From the IMG/VR virus record IMGVR_UViG_3300005142_000031: a stretch of DNA of 64,000 nucleotides. One strand, written 5' to 3'. Position 1 is the stretch's first letter. Every line of letters starts with the position of its first letter. A program made the position numbers and the translations under genes. Below, piece by piece: positions 37,908-47,658 of this stretch. The stretch is from an uncultured virus (IMG/VR IMGVR_UViG_3300005142_000031) (taxonomy: Duplodnaviria > Heunggongvirae > Uroviricota > Caudoviricetes). Under the pieces are notes generated by a model. That model ran no database searches and was not told the origin of the DNA. It worked only from the letters and a program-made list of their open reading frames with translations.

Positions 37908-38522
37908 TCAATACGGCAGCACCGCGTCCGGCATGTACCGAACGTGGGGCAGCAGGATCTGGTGAGCGTCACTCTCCAGGCCGGCCGCGTCCTTGGTCGC
38001 CTCGGCCTCCTTGAACAGCGGGTGGCTGTCGAGGCGCGCCCGGGCGAACAGCATCGCCGCCGTCTGCAGCCAGTCCGGTACCGCCGACAGGTCGTAGGTG
38101 TCGGCCTCGGTGGCGTCGGCGTCGAAGCCGGCGTCGTAGATCACCCGCAGGAAGTGGTCACCAGCGGTGAGACCTCCGACCACCAGGGTGCCTCGGGTGG
38201 CGTCGACCGTAACCTTGGCGGTCCAGGTCTCGCGCAAGTTGGCGTCGTCGAGCTGGGTCAGGGTCGACGCCCGGTACACGGTGACCGACTGGGCATCGAC
38301 GAAGCCCTGCCGCAGCTTGACCTTCGGATGGAAGATCACCCCGGCCGGGACGACCTGGATGTAGAAGGTGTCGGCGATGTTGGCGTTGTCGAACTCGGTG
38401 CGCAGCAGGGTGGCACAGCGGCCGGTGGCCGCGTCCAGCGCGAACTCGATCGCCCGATTGATATCGGGGATGTCGTCGAAGCCCATGGCTTCCCGCAAAT
38501 CCTGCACGCGCGCCAGACGCAT
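37908..38522 (-). CDS. Head-tail adaptor / connector protein
   Basis: Position after capsid; RVIYDAGF..VPDWLQTAA pattern. Confidence 0.78.
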   Translation of the reverse strand: MRLARVQDLREAMGFDDIPDINRAIEFALDAATGRCATLLRTEFDNANIADTFYIQVVPAGVIFHPKVKLRQGFVDAQSVTVYRASTLTQLDDANLRETWTAKVTVDATRGTLVVGGLTAGDHFLRVIYDAGFDADATEADTYDLSAVPDWLQTAAMLFARARLDSHPLFKEAEATKDAAGLESDAHQILLPHVRYMPDAVLPY

Positions 38523-38535
38523 GGCTCACCTCGCC

Positions 38536-38877
38536 TCAGACGCCCACCGCGCCTTCGGTGTCGTCGCCGGCCCCATTGGCGGCCTCGGTCTTCTCGGTCG
38601 TGGCCTTGACGTCGCCCTGGGCGGTCGGGGTCTCGGTCTTCGCCCCGTCCTGCTTGGGCGGATCGTCCTTGGCCTTCTGGGTGATCTTCACCCCGCCCTT
38701 CCTGCCGTCGCCGGCCCGGGGCGCCTGGGGCTTGACGTCCGAGAAGTCGACCGAGAACTGACCGGTATCCGCCAGGTATCGAGCGGTCTCCACGTCCACC
38801 TGGACCGGCTGGCCCCGGCGGAACGAGAGGCCCTTGACGAAATAGCTCGCCGGGCCCTTGAGCACTGCCTTCGGCAT
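38536..38877 (-). CDS. Small head-region hypothetical protein
   Basis: Directly after the capsid gene; FRRGQPVQVD..ARYL core with a disordered tail. Confidence 0.65.
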   Translation of the reverse strand: MPKAVLKGPASYFVKGLSFRRGQPVQVDVETARYLADTGQFSVDFSDVKPQAPRAGDGRKGGVKITQKAKDDPPKQDGAKTETPTAQGDVKATTEKTEAANGAGDDTEGAVGV

Positions 38878-38910
38878 CCTGTCCGCACTCCTTTGCTTCG
38901 ATCAGGCAAC

Positions 38911-38945
38911 AGCGGCGGGAGGGGCCTGGACCTCCCGCCGCCGCT
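38911..38945 (-). terminator. GC-rich hairpin after the capsid gene
   Basis: GCGGCGGGAGG/CCTCCCGCCGC inverted repeat; weak U tract. Confidence 0.5.
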
Positions 38946-38956
38946 CACCGCCGGGA

Positions 38957-39943
38957 TTACGCCGCGGCGATGTTCTGGTAGGTGACCACCGCCTCGGCTT
39001 CCTCGATCTGGACGTCGATGCGGGCGGTCAGGACGATGATGTAGACGCGGGCGGTGATGTCCTTGTCGTACTCCATCGACACCTGGCGCTGGATGCCGAA
39101 CAGCAGGTTCAGCGGGTTGCAGTACAGCCCCTTCTCGTCCGGCATCAGCGCCACCGGGGTGATCGCCGAGCCGAAGGCGCGCAGCTCGCTGGTGCCCTGG
39201 ACGGTGGCGTCGCCGTAGCCGGTCTGGCGGTCGGCGACCATGTCGCGGTAGTGCGTCTCGTTGTCGAACGAGATGAAGTGCCGCATCGACGCCTTGTTGC
39301 GCAGATACTTGTCCGGCATGGTCTTGACCGCGTCGCGGAACATCTGCCGCGAGATGGTCGCATTGGCGACGTCGAGCACGTTGCCGTTGTCGTTGGCCAG
39401 CTTGAGGTAGCCATCGACCAGCGACAGGTAGTCCTCGTCGTCCTGGTCGCCCGCGTTGGTGTACGCAGTGTCGCCAAGAATGGCGAGCTCCTCCATGTCG
39501 AGCGCGGCCCGCTCGGCGATCAGGGTGATCAGCGTGTCCTTCAGACCGCCCATCTGCGCCTGGTTCGACGGCGAGTTGGTCGCCGCGGTCGCCCGCTCGA
39601 TGTTGTCCTCGACCACATCGTAGGGCAGCCGCACCTCGGCGATGACCTCCTTGGTGTTGAGCTCGATCTGCTCGGTGGTCGGCTTGCTGCGCTGGGCCTC
39701 GGTCAGCGCCGTCGCCGAGACGGCCTTGCGCAGGATGCGCGAGCCGAAGCCGATCTTGTTGATCTTGCGCTGCGGCGCGTTCATCTCGACCACACGGGAC
39801 ACCCGCATGATCACCGGCTGGTCGATCAGCTTGCGGATGAAGGTGGCCCCTTCTTCCGGGGGCAGAAGACCACCCTTGGTGCCGCCGGACAGGTCGGCGA
39901 GCGTCATGTCGGCCTTCTGCAGCAGGTCCTGATTGCTGGACAT
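38957..39943 (-). CDS. Major capsid protein (HK97 fold)
   Basis: GGLLPPEEGATFIRKL, KIGFGSRILR, VVEDNIE, MPDKY; follows protease and scaffold. Confidence 0.92.
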   Translation of the reverse strand: MSSNQDLLQKADMTLADLSGGTKGGLLPPEEGATFIRKLIDQPVIMRVSRVVEMNAPQRKINKIGFGSRILRKAVSATALTEAQRSKPTTEQIELNTKEVIAEVRLPYDVVEDNIERATAATNSPSNQAQMGGLKDTLITLIAERAALDMEELAILGDTAYTNAGDQDDEDYLSLVDGYLKLANDNGNVLDVANATISRQMFRDAVKTMPDKYLRNKASMRHFISFDNETHYRDMVADRQTGYGDATVQGTSELRAFGSAITPVALMPDEKGLYCNPLNLLFGIQRQVSMEYDKDITARVYIIVLTARIDVQIEEAEAVVTYQNIAAA

Positions 39944-39991
39944 CGTGTCCTCCGTTCCTTCGGACAATCGGGTTACGGGACGGCTCTGCGG

Positions 39992-41119
39992 TCAGTTTGG
40001 CCGACCAAATGCCGTATCCATCAGCGGCGGCGCGCCGTTGACCTTGCCCGACTTGCGGGCTCGGACATCCGGATCATCCACCGCGGTGCTGCGCACCGTG
40101 CCGGTGACAGCCCTCTCCGCCTTCTGGGCGGTCTCCTCGGCCTCTTCGATCCGCTCCTCGAACGAGGTCATGCGGTCGGACAGGCCGGACACGTTCTCGG
40201 CGGTCTTCTGCACCTGGGCCGTCAGCTCCTCGACCGCCTTGAGAACCTGTCGGGTCGCGTCGTCGGCCGAAGCCACCGGCGCTGGATCGTCCTTGGCGGC
40301 GGTCTCCGGATCGGCCGGGTCGTCGCTGTCGGCCTCGTCATCCGCGGCTTCCGCCTTCTGGCTCTTGGCAAAGCGCTCGACCGAGTTGGCCTTCGGCGCT
40401 TCGGCCTTCTTGGCCTTCTCGTCCTCGGCCTTCTTCGCCGCGGCGGCGTCGGCCTTGGTCTTCTCGACGTCGGCCTTCAGGGCCTTAACCTCGTCGTCGG
40501 TCAGAGCGACCGCCTCGGTCTTGAACGCCTTGGCCGGGATACCGCTGGCCAGCGCCGTGACGTAGCTGCGGAAGTCGTCGACCGCCTTGGAGATCTTCTC
40601 CGCCGCCTCGTCCGGGGACTCGGCCTTCTCCATCACGTTCTGGATGGTGTAGGTCATCGACTTCATCGCCACGTCGACCGTCGGGTAGAAGCCCTCGGTG
40701 TGCAGCAGCTCGCCGAAGGTCGTGTCGTCCATGTTGAACGACTCGAACGCCTTGGCGATGTCGACGTTGAGGCCGAGCGCCAGGTCGTCGTCGATCTTGT
40801 AGACCGAGGCGACGTCGCCGGCGGCGTCGGGCTGCTGGAAGACCAGGACGCCGTCCTGCTCGACCGGCTCGTCGACGGTGTAGCCGGCCTTGGTCAGGCG
40901 GGCCTTGACCAGGTCGAGATCGGCGCCCTTGCGGACGATCGCGGCAACCACGGCCGGCGCGGGAGCCGCCTCGCGCTTCTGGAAGAGCGTGCTCAGGTTG
41001 ATCATCTCTCCATCCTTCTTCTGGATGCGAAACGGGATGCGGTTGGCTCCCCGCTTTACCAGCGAGACGTGGGACACCTCGCAATCGACGAGCCGGTTGG
41101 CCTTCATCTTCACCGGCAT
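39992..41119 (-). CDS. Capsid scaffolding-like protein
   Basis: N-terminal VSHVSLVKRGANRIPF, K/A/E-rich coiled coil; between protease and capsid. Confidence 0.75.
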   Translation of the reverse strand: MPVKMKANRLVDCEVSHVSLVKRGANRIPFRIQKKDGEMINLSTLFQKREAAPAPAVVAAIVRKGADLDLVKARLTKAGYTVDEPVEQDGVLVFQQPDAAGDVASVYKIDDDLALGLNVDIAKAFESFNMDDTTFGELLHTEGFYPTVDVAMKSMTYTIQNVMEKAESPDEAAEKISKAVDDFRSYVTALASGIPAKAFKTEAVALTDDEVKALKADVEKTKADAAAAKKAEDEKAKKAEAPKANSVERFAKSQKAEAADDEADSDDPADPETAAKDDPAPVASADDATRQVLKAVEELTAQVQKTAENVSGLSDRMTSFEERIEEAEETAQKAERAVTGTVRSTAVDDPDVRARKSGKVNGAPPLMDTAFGRPN

Positions 41120-41697
41120 TTCAGTAGCTCCACGAACGAGAAACGGTGCGTGTGCCCATCAGCCGCCGGCTCGGTGACCGTCCCCTTGACGATCTTGTGC
41201 CAGTGGCCGTCCGCGGCCGGCTTGGTGCGACCGCCCAGGAACTTGCCCTCGGGGTCGAAGTCGACGACGAACTCGTGGTCGTGGCCGGCCCCGTCGTCGG
41301 TCTTGCCGATCACCTGGGGCGGAACATCGAGCTCGATCTCGGTCGGCAGGCGCTTGCCCTTGACCTCCATCGAGAAGCCGTTGATCTCGCCCGACTTGAC
41401 CAGCGACCACAGCTCCGGGTCCGGGATGTGCACTCCGACCACCCAGGAACCGGGGATGAACAGCGGGTCGTCATCACGGGCGATGAAGCTCTCGACGATG
41501 CAGGAGCCGGTCTCGACGTTGTCGTGCTCGAGGTCGACCTTCATCAGGTTGCCGGCCCGCATGAAGCCGTAGGCGGCCTCGCGGACGTCGTCCGGCGTCA
41601 TCACGTCGCCCTGGCTGTCGGGATAGCCCGGCGCGTACACCTCGCCAAAGACGAGCTGCTGCTCCTGGTCGACCTTCTTGATCGTCAGATCCGACAT
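41110..41697 (-). CDS. XkdF-like prohead serine protease
   Basis: QQLVFGEVYAP..DSQGD, DLEH, VESFIAR, GSWV, VKSGEINGFSM; C-terminal GH.H repeats. Confidence 0.88.
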   Translation of the reverse strand: MSDLTIKKVDQEQQLVFGEVYAPGYPDSQGDVMTPDDVREAAYGFMRAGNLMKVDLEHDNVETGSCIVESFIARDDDPLFIPGSWVVGVHIPDPELWSLVKSGEINGFSMEVKGKRLPTEIELDVPPQVIGKTDDGAGHDHEFVVDFDPEGKFLGGRTKPAADGHWHKIVKGTVTEPAADGHTHRFSFVELLKCR

Positions 41698-41756
41698 CGG
41701 CTCCCAGCCCCGGACGATCGCATTCGTCCCGAACCGTACCGGCGGTCGAATCAGCG

Positions 41757-41770
41757 TACAATCAATTGCA
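41757..41770. repeat. Dispersed palindrome, 1-mismatch variant (intergenic)
   Basis: TACAATCAATTGCA upstream of the protease gene. Confidence 0.8.
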
Positions 41771-41820
41771 AAGGCAGCGGTACAACACCTGCACCATCGA
41801 CACGGCGTCGAACCCCAGGT

Positions 41821-41979
41821 CTAGTCTTCGACAGACCGGTCCGGGTGGCGCGGCGGCAGAGGCTGTTCGGTCTTGCCTAGCTTCTGCTTCTGGAACTCGC
41901 TGTAGGGCATGCCGTCGACCAGCAGCTCGTTGAGTGGCACCTGCATCTTGTCCAGCTTGTCGTCGTTTTCGCCGGTCAT
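41821..41979 (-). CDS. Small hypothetical protein (52 aa, absent from ORF track), candidate immunity partner of MuF-ART
   Basis: MTGENDDKLDKMQVPLNELLVDGMPYSEF..., ATGA overlap with the MuF stop and a GAGGTGG SD. Confidence 0.55.
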   Translation of the reverse strand: MTGENDDKLDKMQVPLNELLVDGMPYSEFQKQKLGKTEQPLPPRHPDRSVED

Positions 41980-43541
41980 GGCACCACCTCTACGTCGATG
42001 AAAGTCACCGTCTGCTGCACATCCTCGTTGCGCCTATCCTTGATCAACAGCGTTTCGTCGCTCACACCCAACACCCGGTACTTCGTGCCCCGCTCCAGCA
42101 GGACCTCATAGTCCCAAGCATCTGCCGCGATCGCCTTGGTTCCGGCCGGCACGCGGATGCGGAAGATCGTCGTATCCTCGACAAACCGTCCTCCGAAATA
42201 AGCTGCCCTTGCCGGCGCCACCGTGGTTGACGAGTAGCCCAGATCGGTGATCACCGATCCGACCAGATCATCCAACTCTGTGCGCCCTCCAAACGTCTTG
42301 GACGGAACACCGCGGAACACCAGTTCATCCGTCTGCAGGGGCACCATCGCGCTGTCGATAAGCTCGACCGTAGGTTTGATGTCGGAACTGAGACTCCCTT
42401 GGCGCAGCTCGGCATTGATCGTGCGATGACCCTCGCCGATGTAATCGCTGACCGCACTACGCACAGCCGCATCCGCTATGTCATTGCGGTCCAGCAGGTT
42501 GTTGCGGTCCATCACCCGACCATAATGCTCAAAGATCTCCGCCTTGGTCAGTCGAGCATCGGTCACCCCATTCTCGAACTTCACTGGCGAATTGGCAAAC
42601 GCCGCCGCACCTGGCGTACCTGCCTGCTCGGCCTGGGTCGCAGGGCCCTCCTCGGTGATCCAGCGCTTCGATCCGGGCGGGAACTCCTCGGTCACCGTGC
42701 CTACCGTCTGCATCACGCCGCGGCACAACGGGTGATAGGGCGGCGCATCGAGGCCCTGGGCCTGCAAGTCGGCCGGCAGCGTCTGGTACAGCCGGTCGAG
42801 GCTCTCGACATCCTGGCGTGGCCAGGGTGCAATCGATTGCAAATCGTTCGGGTCCTGGGTCCGCAGCGCCCTATCGACCCGGGAGAACGCCTGCGCCACC
42901 TCGAAGGTCTTGCCGTGCATGTACTGGCACACCGGACAGGTCCGGGTGTCGAGCACCTCGGACACCTGGTAGGTGGTGATGCCACGGGCCGTGGCCTCGG
43001 CCAGGAAGCCGTAGCTGATCAGCCGCGACGTGGTCAGATTGGCCTGGATGTCGAAGGTCGCCCGGCCGTCGCCGACGGTCGCCCTCAGCAGGGCCTGGGC
43101 GAGATCGTCGGCCTCCTCCGTCTTCTTCAAGCCGGGCGCGTCGATTCCGTCCGCCTCGACCAGGTCGACGATCCGGCGCAGCCGGAGCTTGATCCGCTCC
43201 TCTGCCAGCTCAGCCACCGAGGCCTTCATCTGGTCGATGGCGGGGGTAAGGATGTCCCGGACCTCCGGGTCCTGCATGAGGAGACTTTTGGAGGCGTTCC
43301 CGGACGCCTGTGAGGCGCCGAAGAGGAGCGCCGAGGTGCCCAGCGTCTCCAGGGTACCACGCGACTGCTCGATCACCTTGCCCAGGTCGATCGCGCTGAT
43401 CGCCGCATGGGCGTCGACGAATCGGCCCTCGCGCAGCGCGGCGTCGAGGGTGCCGGCCAGGTCCTGAGCCTGATCGACCCAGGCACCTGACGTCGCCCGG
43501 GCGACCGCGGCCTCGATCTTCAGGAACGTCTCGAGCTTCAT
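41976..43541 (-). CDS. MuF-family head morphogenesis protein fused to a VIP2/C3-like ADP-ribosyltransferase
   Basis: MuF motifs LDTRTCPVC..HG and PPYHPLCR; C-terminal Y..INAELR, VFRGV (R), GYSSTT (S), DYEVLLERG (E). Confidence 0.9.
   Translation of the reverse strand: MKLETFLKIEAAVARATSGAWVDQAQDLAGTLDAALREGRFVDAHAAISAIDLGKVIEQSRGTLETLGTSALLFGASQASGNASKSLLMQDPEVRDILTPAIDQMKASVAELAEERIKLRLRRIVDLVEADGIDAPGLKKTEEADDLAQALLRATVGDGRATFDIQANLTTSRLISYGFLAEATARGITTYQVSEVLDTRTCPVCQYMHGKTFEVAQAFSRVDRALRTQDPNDLQSIAPWPRQDVESLDRLYQTLPADLQAQGLDAPPYHPLCRGVMQTVGTVTEEFPPGSKRWITEEGPATQAEQAGTPGAAAFANSPVKFENGVTDARLTKAEIFEHYGRVMDRNNLLDRNDIADAAVRSAVSDYIGEGHRTINAELRQGSLSSDIKPTVELIDSAMVPLQTDELVFRGVPSKTFGGRTELDDLVGSVITDLGYSSTTVAPARAAYFGGRFVEDTTIFRIRVPAGTKAIAADAWDYEVLLERGTKYRVLGVSDETLLIKDRRNEDVQQTVTFIDVEVVP
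42828..42841. repeat. Dispersed palindrome, perfect copy (in MuF)
   Basis: TGCAATCGATTGCA. Confidence 0.95.
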
Positions 43542-45232
43542 CCCCGCGCCATATACGCCAGGGTGCAACCGACCAGGTCGAGTTCATCGGCGCCGGCCGA
43601 ACCGAATGTCTCGAGCGACAGCGCGGTCTTGAACGCCGCCATGTCCTGGGGGCCGAGTCCCTGCACCAGGGGCACCAGCCGGGCCATCTCCAGCTCGTTC
43701 TTCGTGCGCTGGGCCTCGGCGACCTCGCGGGCCAGCGCCACCAGCCCGGTCATCTCCAGGTCCGCCTTCTTGCCGCCCTGGATCACCTTGGGCTGGAAGC
43801 CGCTGCCGGCGGCCGGCACCTGCGGACCAAAGGGCTGGTCCGACATCTTCAGGTCGAGCCCGGTGATCTCGTTGAGCGTGTCGATCTTGCTCTCGGGGTC
43901 GAGGGCGAAGCCGGCCAGGCCGATCGCCTTCATCTGGGTATCGGCATCGGTGATCGAGATCTTTTTCGACCGGAACCGGTAGCCCGCGCCGCCGATCTCC
44001 GACATCAGCAGACCGTTGACAACCTCGTCGAACTCCTGGCGCTCGGGCGAGAACACCTGGGCCTCGGCGACCTCGTAGGACGCCCGGGCACTGGCGTAGT
44101 TGTAGTCCTGCGACTTGCCACAGAAGATCGGCGGCAGTCGGAAGGCCGTGCGCACCCGCTCGAAGCAGCGCTCGTCGTACTTCTCGAACATCGAGTCGGA
44201 CTGGCGATCGGAGCCGAACCGCTCGACATCGATCTTGACCGTGTTGCCGCCCTTGTCGATCGAACCGCCGGTCGACTGGATCTCGGCCAGTACGGCGCGG
44301 TGCTTGGTGGTCGCCCGGGTCGACAGCATCTTGTCGAGCGCCTGACGCGCGTGCTCGGCAATGAGGCCTCCCTGCAGGAAGATCATCACCGGCGGGATGC
44401 CGCCACTGTCGAAGAACTCCAGATTGAACTCTTCGGCCTTGCGCGAGCCGAGCACCGACGGCAACTGGCTGATCCAGCGCGGCACCCCGTAGGGCGTCGT
44501 GGTGTCGACCAGGTCGCGCAGATGGATGATCTCTGTACCCCGGTCGTTGATCGACAGCCCGCCAGTCGCCCAGTCGCCGGTATTCTTGTCGACGTCCCGG
44601 CTCGCGCCGAACTCCTTGAAGAACAGCAACTCGTTGTTGATCACCTGGGCGAAGCGCCGCTCTCGCATGTCGACGTTGACCGACAAGGTCTCGCCGTTGC
44701 GGGTGATCTCCCGGGTCACCGTCACCGGCGCATCGAGACGGACCAGACGCATCAGCTTGGGATCGATCCGGCGCAGGAACACTACGGTTCCAGTGGCGTT
44801 GCGCAGCACCTCGATATAGGCATTGCCCGTCGTGTGCAGATCACGGCGCAGGCGCCGGCGCAGCGTGGTGAACGACATGCCCGGCCAGACCTCGGCAAAG
44901 AACGCCTCGATCCGGGCGATCGCCTGCTCGTCCTGCGCCGTGGCCGGCTCGCCGTCCTCGCGGGTGATCGTGAAGCCAGTGCCGTCGATGTTGGTCTCCA
45001 TCGCGGCGATGCACGGCTCCAGCGCGTTGTTCTCGCTGGCGATGCGTTCCAGCAGCGCCGGATTGAACGGCGGCTGGATCACCTGGTACTTCTGCTGGCT
45101 GGTCTCGCTGTAGAACTTCTGGAACTCGTCCTCGACCTCGCGGGCGTTGGACACCAGCGAACTCTCGGCCTTGCCTAGCAGATAGATCTCGCTCTCACGG
45201 AGCGTCTCGGGAGACACGCCTTCCTGGCTCAC
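43538..45232 (-). CDS. Portal protein (PBSX-like)
   Basis: IQPPFNP, TGNAYIEVLRN, EIIH..YGVPRW, FFDSGGIP, FRLPPIF.G. Confidence 0.92.
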   Translation of the reverse strand: MSQEGVSPETLRESEIYLLGKAESSLVSNAREVEDEFQKFYSETSQQKYQVIQPPFNPALLERIASENNALEPCIAAMETNIDGTGFTITREDGEPATAQDEQAIARIEAFFAEVWPGMSFTTLRRRLRRDLHTTGNAYIEVLRNATGTVVFLRRIDPKLMRLVRLDAPVTVTREITRNGETLSVNVDMRERRFAQVINNELLFFKEFGASRDVDKNTGDWATGGLSINDRGTEIIHLRDLVDTTTPYGVPRWISQLPSVLGSRKAEEFNLEFFDSGGIPPVMIFLQGGLIAEHARQALDKMLSTRATTKHRAVLAEIQSTGGSIDKGGNTVKIDVERFGSDRQSDSMFEKYDERCFERVRTAFRLPPIFCGKSQDYNYASARASYEVAEAQVFSPERQEFDEVVNGLLMSEIGGAGYRFRSKKISITDADTQMKAIGLAGFALDPESKIDTLNEITGLDLKMSDQPFGPQVPAAGSGFQPKVIQGGKKADLEMTGLVALAREVAEAQRTKNELEMARLVPLVQGLGPQDMAAFKTALSLETFGSAGADELDLVGCTLAYMARG

Positions 45233-45318
45233 GGCTCCATCCTTTCCCGACGACGGGCTGGGCGGAGCCTAGCATATGGCGGGAATCGGCGACCCTCCCC
45301 GGACCGGCTTTGCGACCA

Positions 45319-47658
45319 TCAGGTGGCCTCGAGCTCCTGGTCCATCGCCATGTTCCAGCCCCACTCCGCGTCGCCCGGGAACAACAGCTCCGGCTTCCAA
45401 CCGAAGTCACGCTCCAGCGGCAGGTTAGCCATGATCTCGCACATCGCCGGCAGCATGTCGTCTGCCCGGTCGGCCGGCAGATAGCCGTAGAGGGCGTCGT
45501 GGGTCATACCGGCGATCTCGCAGCCCTGGGGGCCGAGCTCCTGGTCGATATGGACCGCGGCCAGCAGACACAGGTCGGACAGGGTCGACTGGATCGGCGA
45601 GTTCACTGCCTGGCGCTCGGCCTTGGCCTTGGCGCCCCAGTCCCAGCTGTCGATGGTCGGCAGGTGGCGAATGCGGCCGAGCGGGTTGCGCACCATCTTC
45701 CAGCGCCGAGCCATGTTGATCATGCGCTCGTGGTACTTGGGCAGATCGGGGTAGAGCTCGTTCAGGAAGACGTAGTGAAACTCCGTGGCCTCCTCCAGGG
45801 TCAGCGCCACACCGTAGGTTTGCCAAGCGTAGGCCACGAAACCGGCGGGCTGCATCAAGTATAACAGGCCAAAATTGCCGGCCTTGGCCCCGGTTCTCAG
45901 CGACTTGTACTTGTCTTTGTCTTGCTTTTCCAGGGCCTTGAACTCGTCGTACTCCATGCCGTTGAGCTTGCCGGCGGTGATCGAGTGCAGGTCCATGCCG
46001 TTCTTGAAGGCGTCGAGCATGCGCCGTTCGGGCGCCACGCAGGCGACGACCCGCAACTCGCCCTGATCGAAGTCGACCTCGAAGAAGATGCAGCCGGGCG
46101 ACGCCGGGAAGCAGCGCCGGATCGCCTTGGCCCAGACGTTCTTCTTCGGGATCGTCTGCACAGCCGGATCGGTCGCCGACAGTCGGCCGGTGTCGGTGCC
46201 GCCGTCGTCCTGACCGGCGTGTTCAAAACCCTTACCCAGCCAGTAGGTCGGGTGGAACCGGCCGTCCGGGCGCAGATGCGCCAGGAAGCCGTGGACGTAG
46301 GTGCTGAGCATTTTCTGGGCGCTGTTCAATTCGGCCATCGCCGCGATCACCGGGCCGGCGTCGGGGTGGTCGGCGAACATCGACAGGTGCGCCTTGGCGG
46401 TCGAGGGCTCGTCCGACTTGGCGGTGGTCATCTGCGGGGTCAGATTGAACCCCATAGGCGAGAAAAACAGGTCCTTGAGCAGCGCCGGCCGCCCTAGGCT
46501 CAGATTGTCGCTGTACTTCAGCTTGAGCCGCCGCGGCATCATCGAGAACACCCGCTCGGTCTGGGCCTTGATCTCCGCCTCCAGCTTGACCTCGAGCTGC
46601 TGGAACCGTCCGACATCGACCTCCAGACCGCGGCGCTCGATCTTCTCGAACAGACGCGCCGCCGGGTGCAGCAGCTTGACGTAGAAGTTGGCCAGCACCG
46701 GGTCGGACAGCAGGTCGCGCTTCATCACGTTGGCGACCCGCAAGGTGCCATCGGCATCCCCGCCGGCGTAGATCAGCAGCTGATCCTTCGGGGCCTTCTC
46801 GATCTGCCCCTTGTCGATGCCGTGCATCGACTCGTCGTCATAGCCGCCGAGGGTCGGCGCATATTCCTTGACGTGATTCGACAAACTGTTCGAGCGGTTC
46901 TCGTCGAGCAGCGAGCCGACCAGCAGGGTGTCGAAGCGGAAGTTGGTCGGCCGGATGCCTAGCTTCTCCCACAGCCACAGGATGTCGAACTTGAGGTTGG
47001 CGCCGCGCAGCGACACTTTCTCCGTGGTCAGCAGCCAGTGCAATTGATTGCACACGGTCTGAGGTATCCCGTCGAAGGCCCACAGCACGTCGGCGGTCCC
47101 CTCCTCGACCGACAGCTGGACCGTGACGATCTTCTTGTCCGCATACCACGGGTAGAAGCCCTGCGTCTCCAGGTCGAGCGCCAGGTCTACCGGCCGGCCG
47201 GTCGCGGCGTGCCGGGCCTCGACCTGCTGCACCATCTCGGTGAAGTCCTCGACCCAGCGATACTGGCCGATCTCGGCCGACAGCTGGCCGGTGCGCAGCA
47301 CCCGGTCGGCCAGGGTCACCGCCCAGATGATATCGTGGCGCACTCCGTCGTCGCCGCCGATCGCGTCGGGGCTGGTCGTCACCATGTACGAACCGAACTC
47401 GACACCGGGCTGGGCCACCCGGCCGGACAGGCTCTTGATGCCTCGGTTCTTGGGGAAGTACCCCCGGGTCTGCAGCGCCTTGAGGGGCCCCGATCCCATC
47501 GCAAGCAGCACCTCGCCCGGCGCGACCGACGGCACGTCGAGCTGGCCTTCCTGATATTCGATGAAACGATGCGGGGGCTTCTTGGGCAGCCGGTTGAGGG
47601 CCACCCCAACGGTTCGGCCGATCGCATCCTGCTTGGCCGACGTCCAGAAGATCAACAT
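45319..47658 (-). CDS. polA: DNA polymerase, family A, with 3'-5' exonuclease and degenerate UDG-like N-terminal domain
   Basis: LALDLETQG, NLKFD, YAGGDAD; TGRLSATDPAVQTIP; motif A VDFDQGELR, motif B RTGAKAGNFGLLY, motif C THDALY. Confidence 0.95.
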   Translation of the reverse strand: MLIFWTSAKQDAIGRTVGVALNRLPKKPPHRFIEYQEGQLDVPSVAPGEVLLAMGSGPLKALQTRGYFPKNRGIKSLSGRVAQPGVEFGSYMVTTSPDAIGGDDGVRHDIIWAVTLADRVLRTGQLSAEIGQYRWVEDFTEMVQQVEARHAATGRPVDLALDLETQGFYPWYADKKIVTVQLSVEEGTADVLWAFDGIPQTVCNQLHWLLTTEKVSLRGANLKFDILWLWEKLGIRPTNFRFDTLLVGSLLDENRSNSLSNHVKEYAPTLGGYDDESMHGIDKGQIEKAPKDQLLIYAGGDADGTLRVANVMKRDLLSDPVLANFYVKLLHPAARLFEKIERRGLEVDVGRFQQLEVKLEAEIKAQTERVFSMMPRRLKLKYSDNLSLGRPALLKDLFFSPMGFNLTPQMTTAKSDEPSTAKAHLSMFADHPDAGPVIAAMAELNSAQKMLSTYVHGFLAHLRPDGRFHPTYWLGKGFEHAGQDDGGTDTGRLSATDPAVQTIPKKNVWAKAIRRCFPASPGCIFFEVDFDQGELRVVACVAPERRMLDAFKNGMDLHSITAGKLNGMEYDEFKALEKQDKDKYKSLRTGAKAGNFGLLYLMQPAGFVAYAWQTYGVALTLEEATEFHYVFLNELYPDLPKYHERMINMARRWKMVRNPLGRIRHLPTIDSWDWGAKAKAERQAVNSPIQSTLSDLCLLAAVHIDQELGPQGCEIAGMTHDALYGYLPADRADDMLPAMCEIMANLPLERDFGWKPELLFPGDAEWGWNMAMDQELEAT
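47039..47052. repeat. Dispersed palindrome (in DNA polymerase)
   Basis: TGCAATTGATTGCA; encodes C-N-Q-L-H, a different frame from most copies. Confidence 0.95.
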
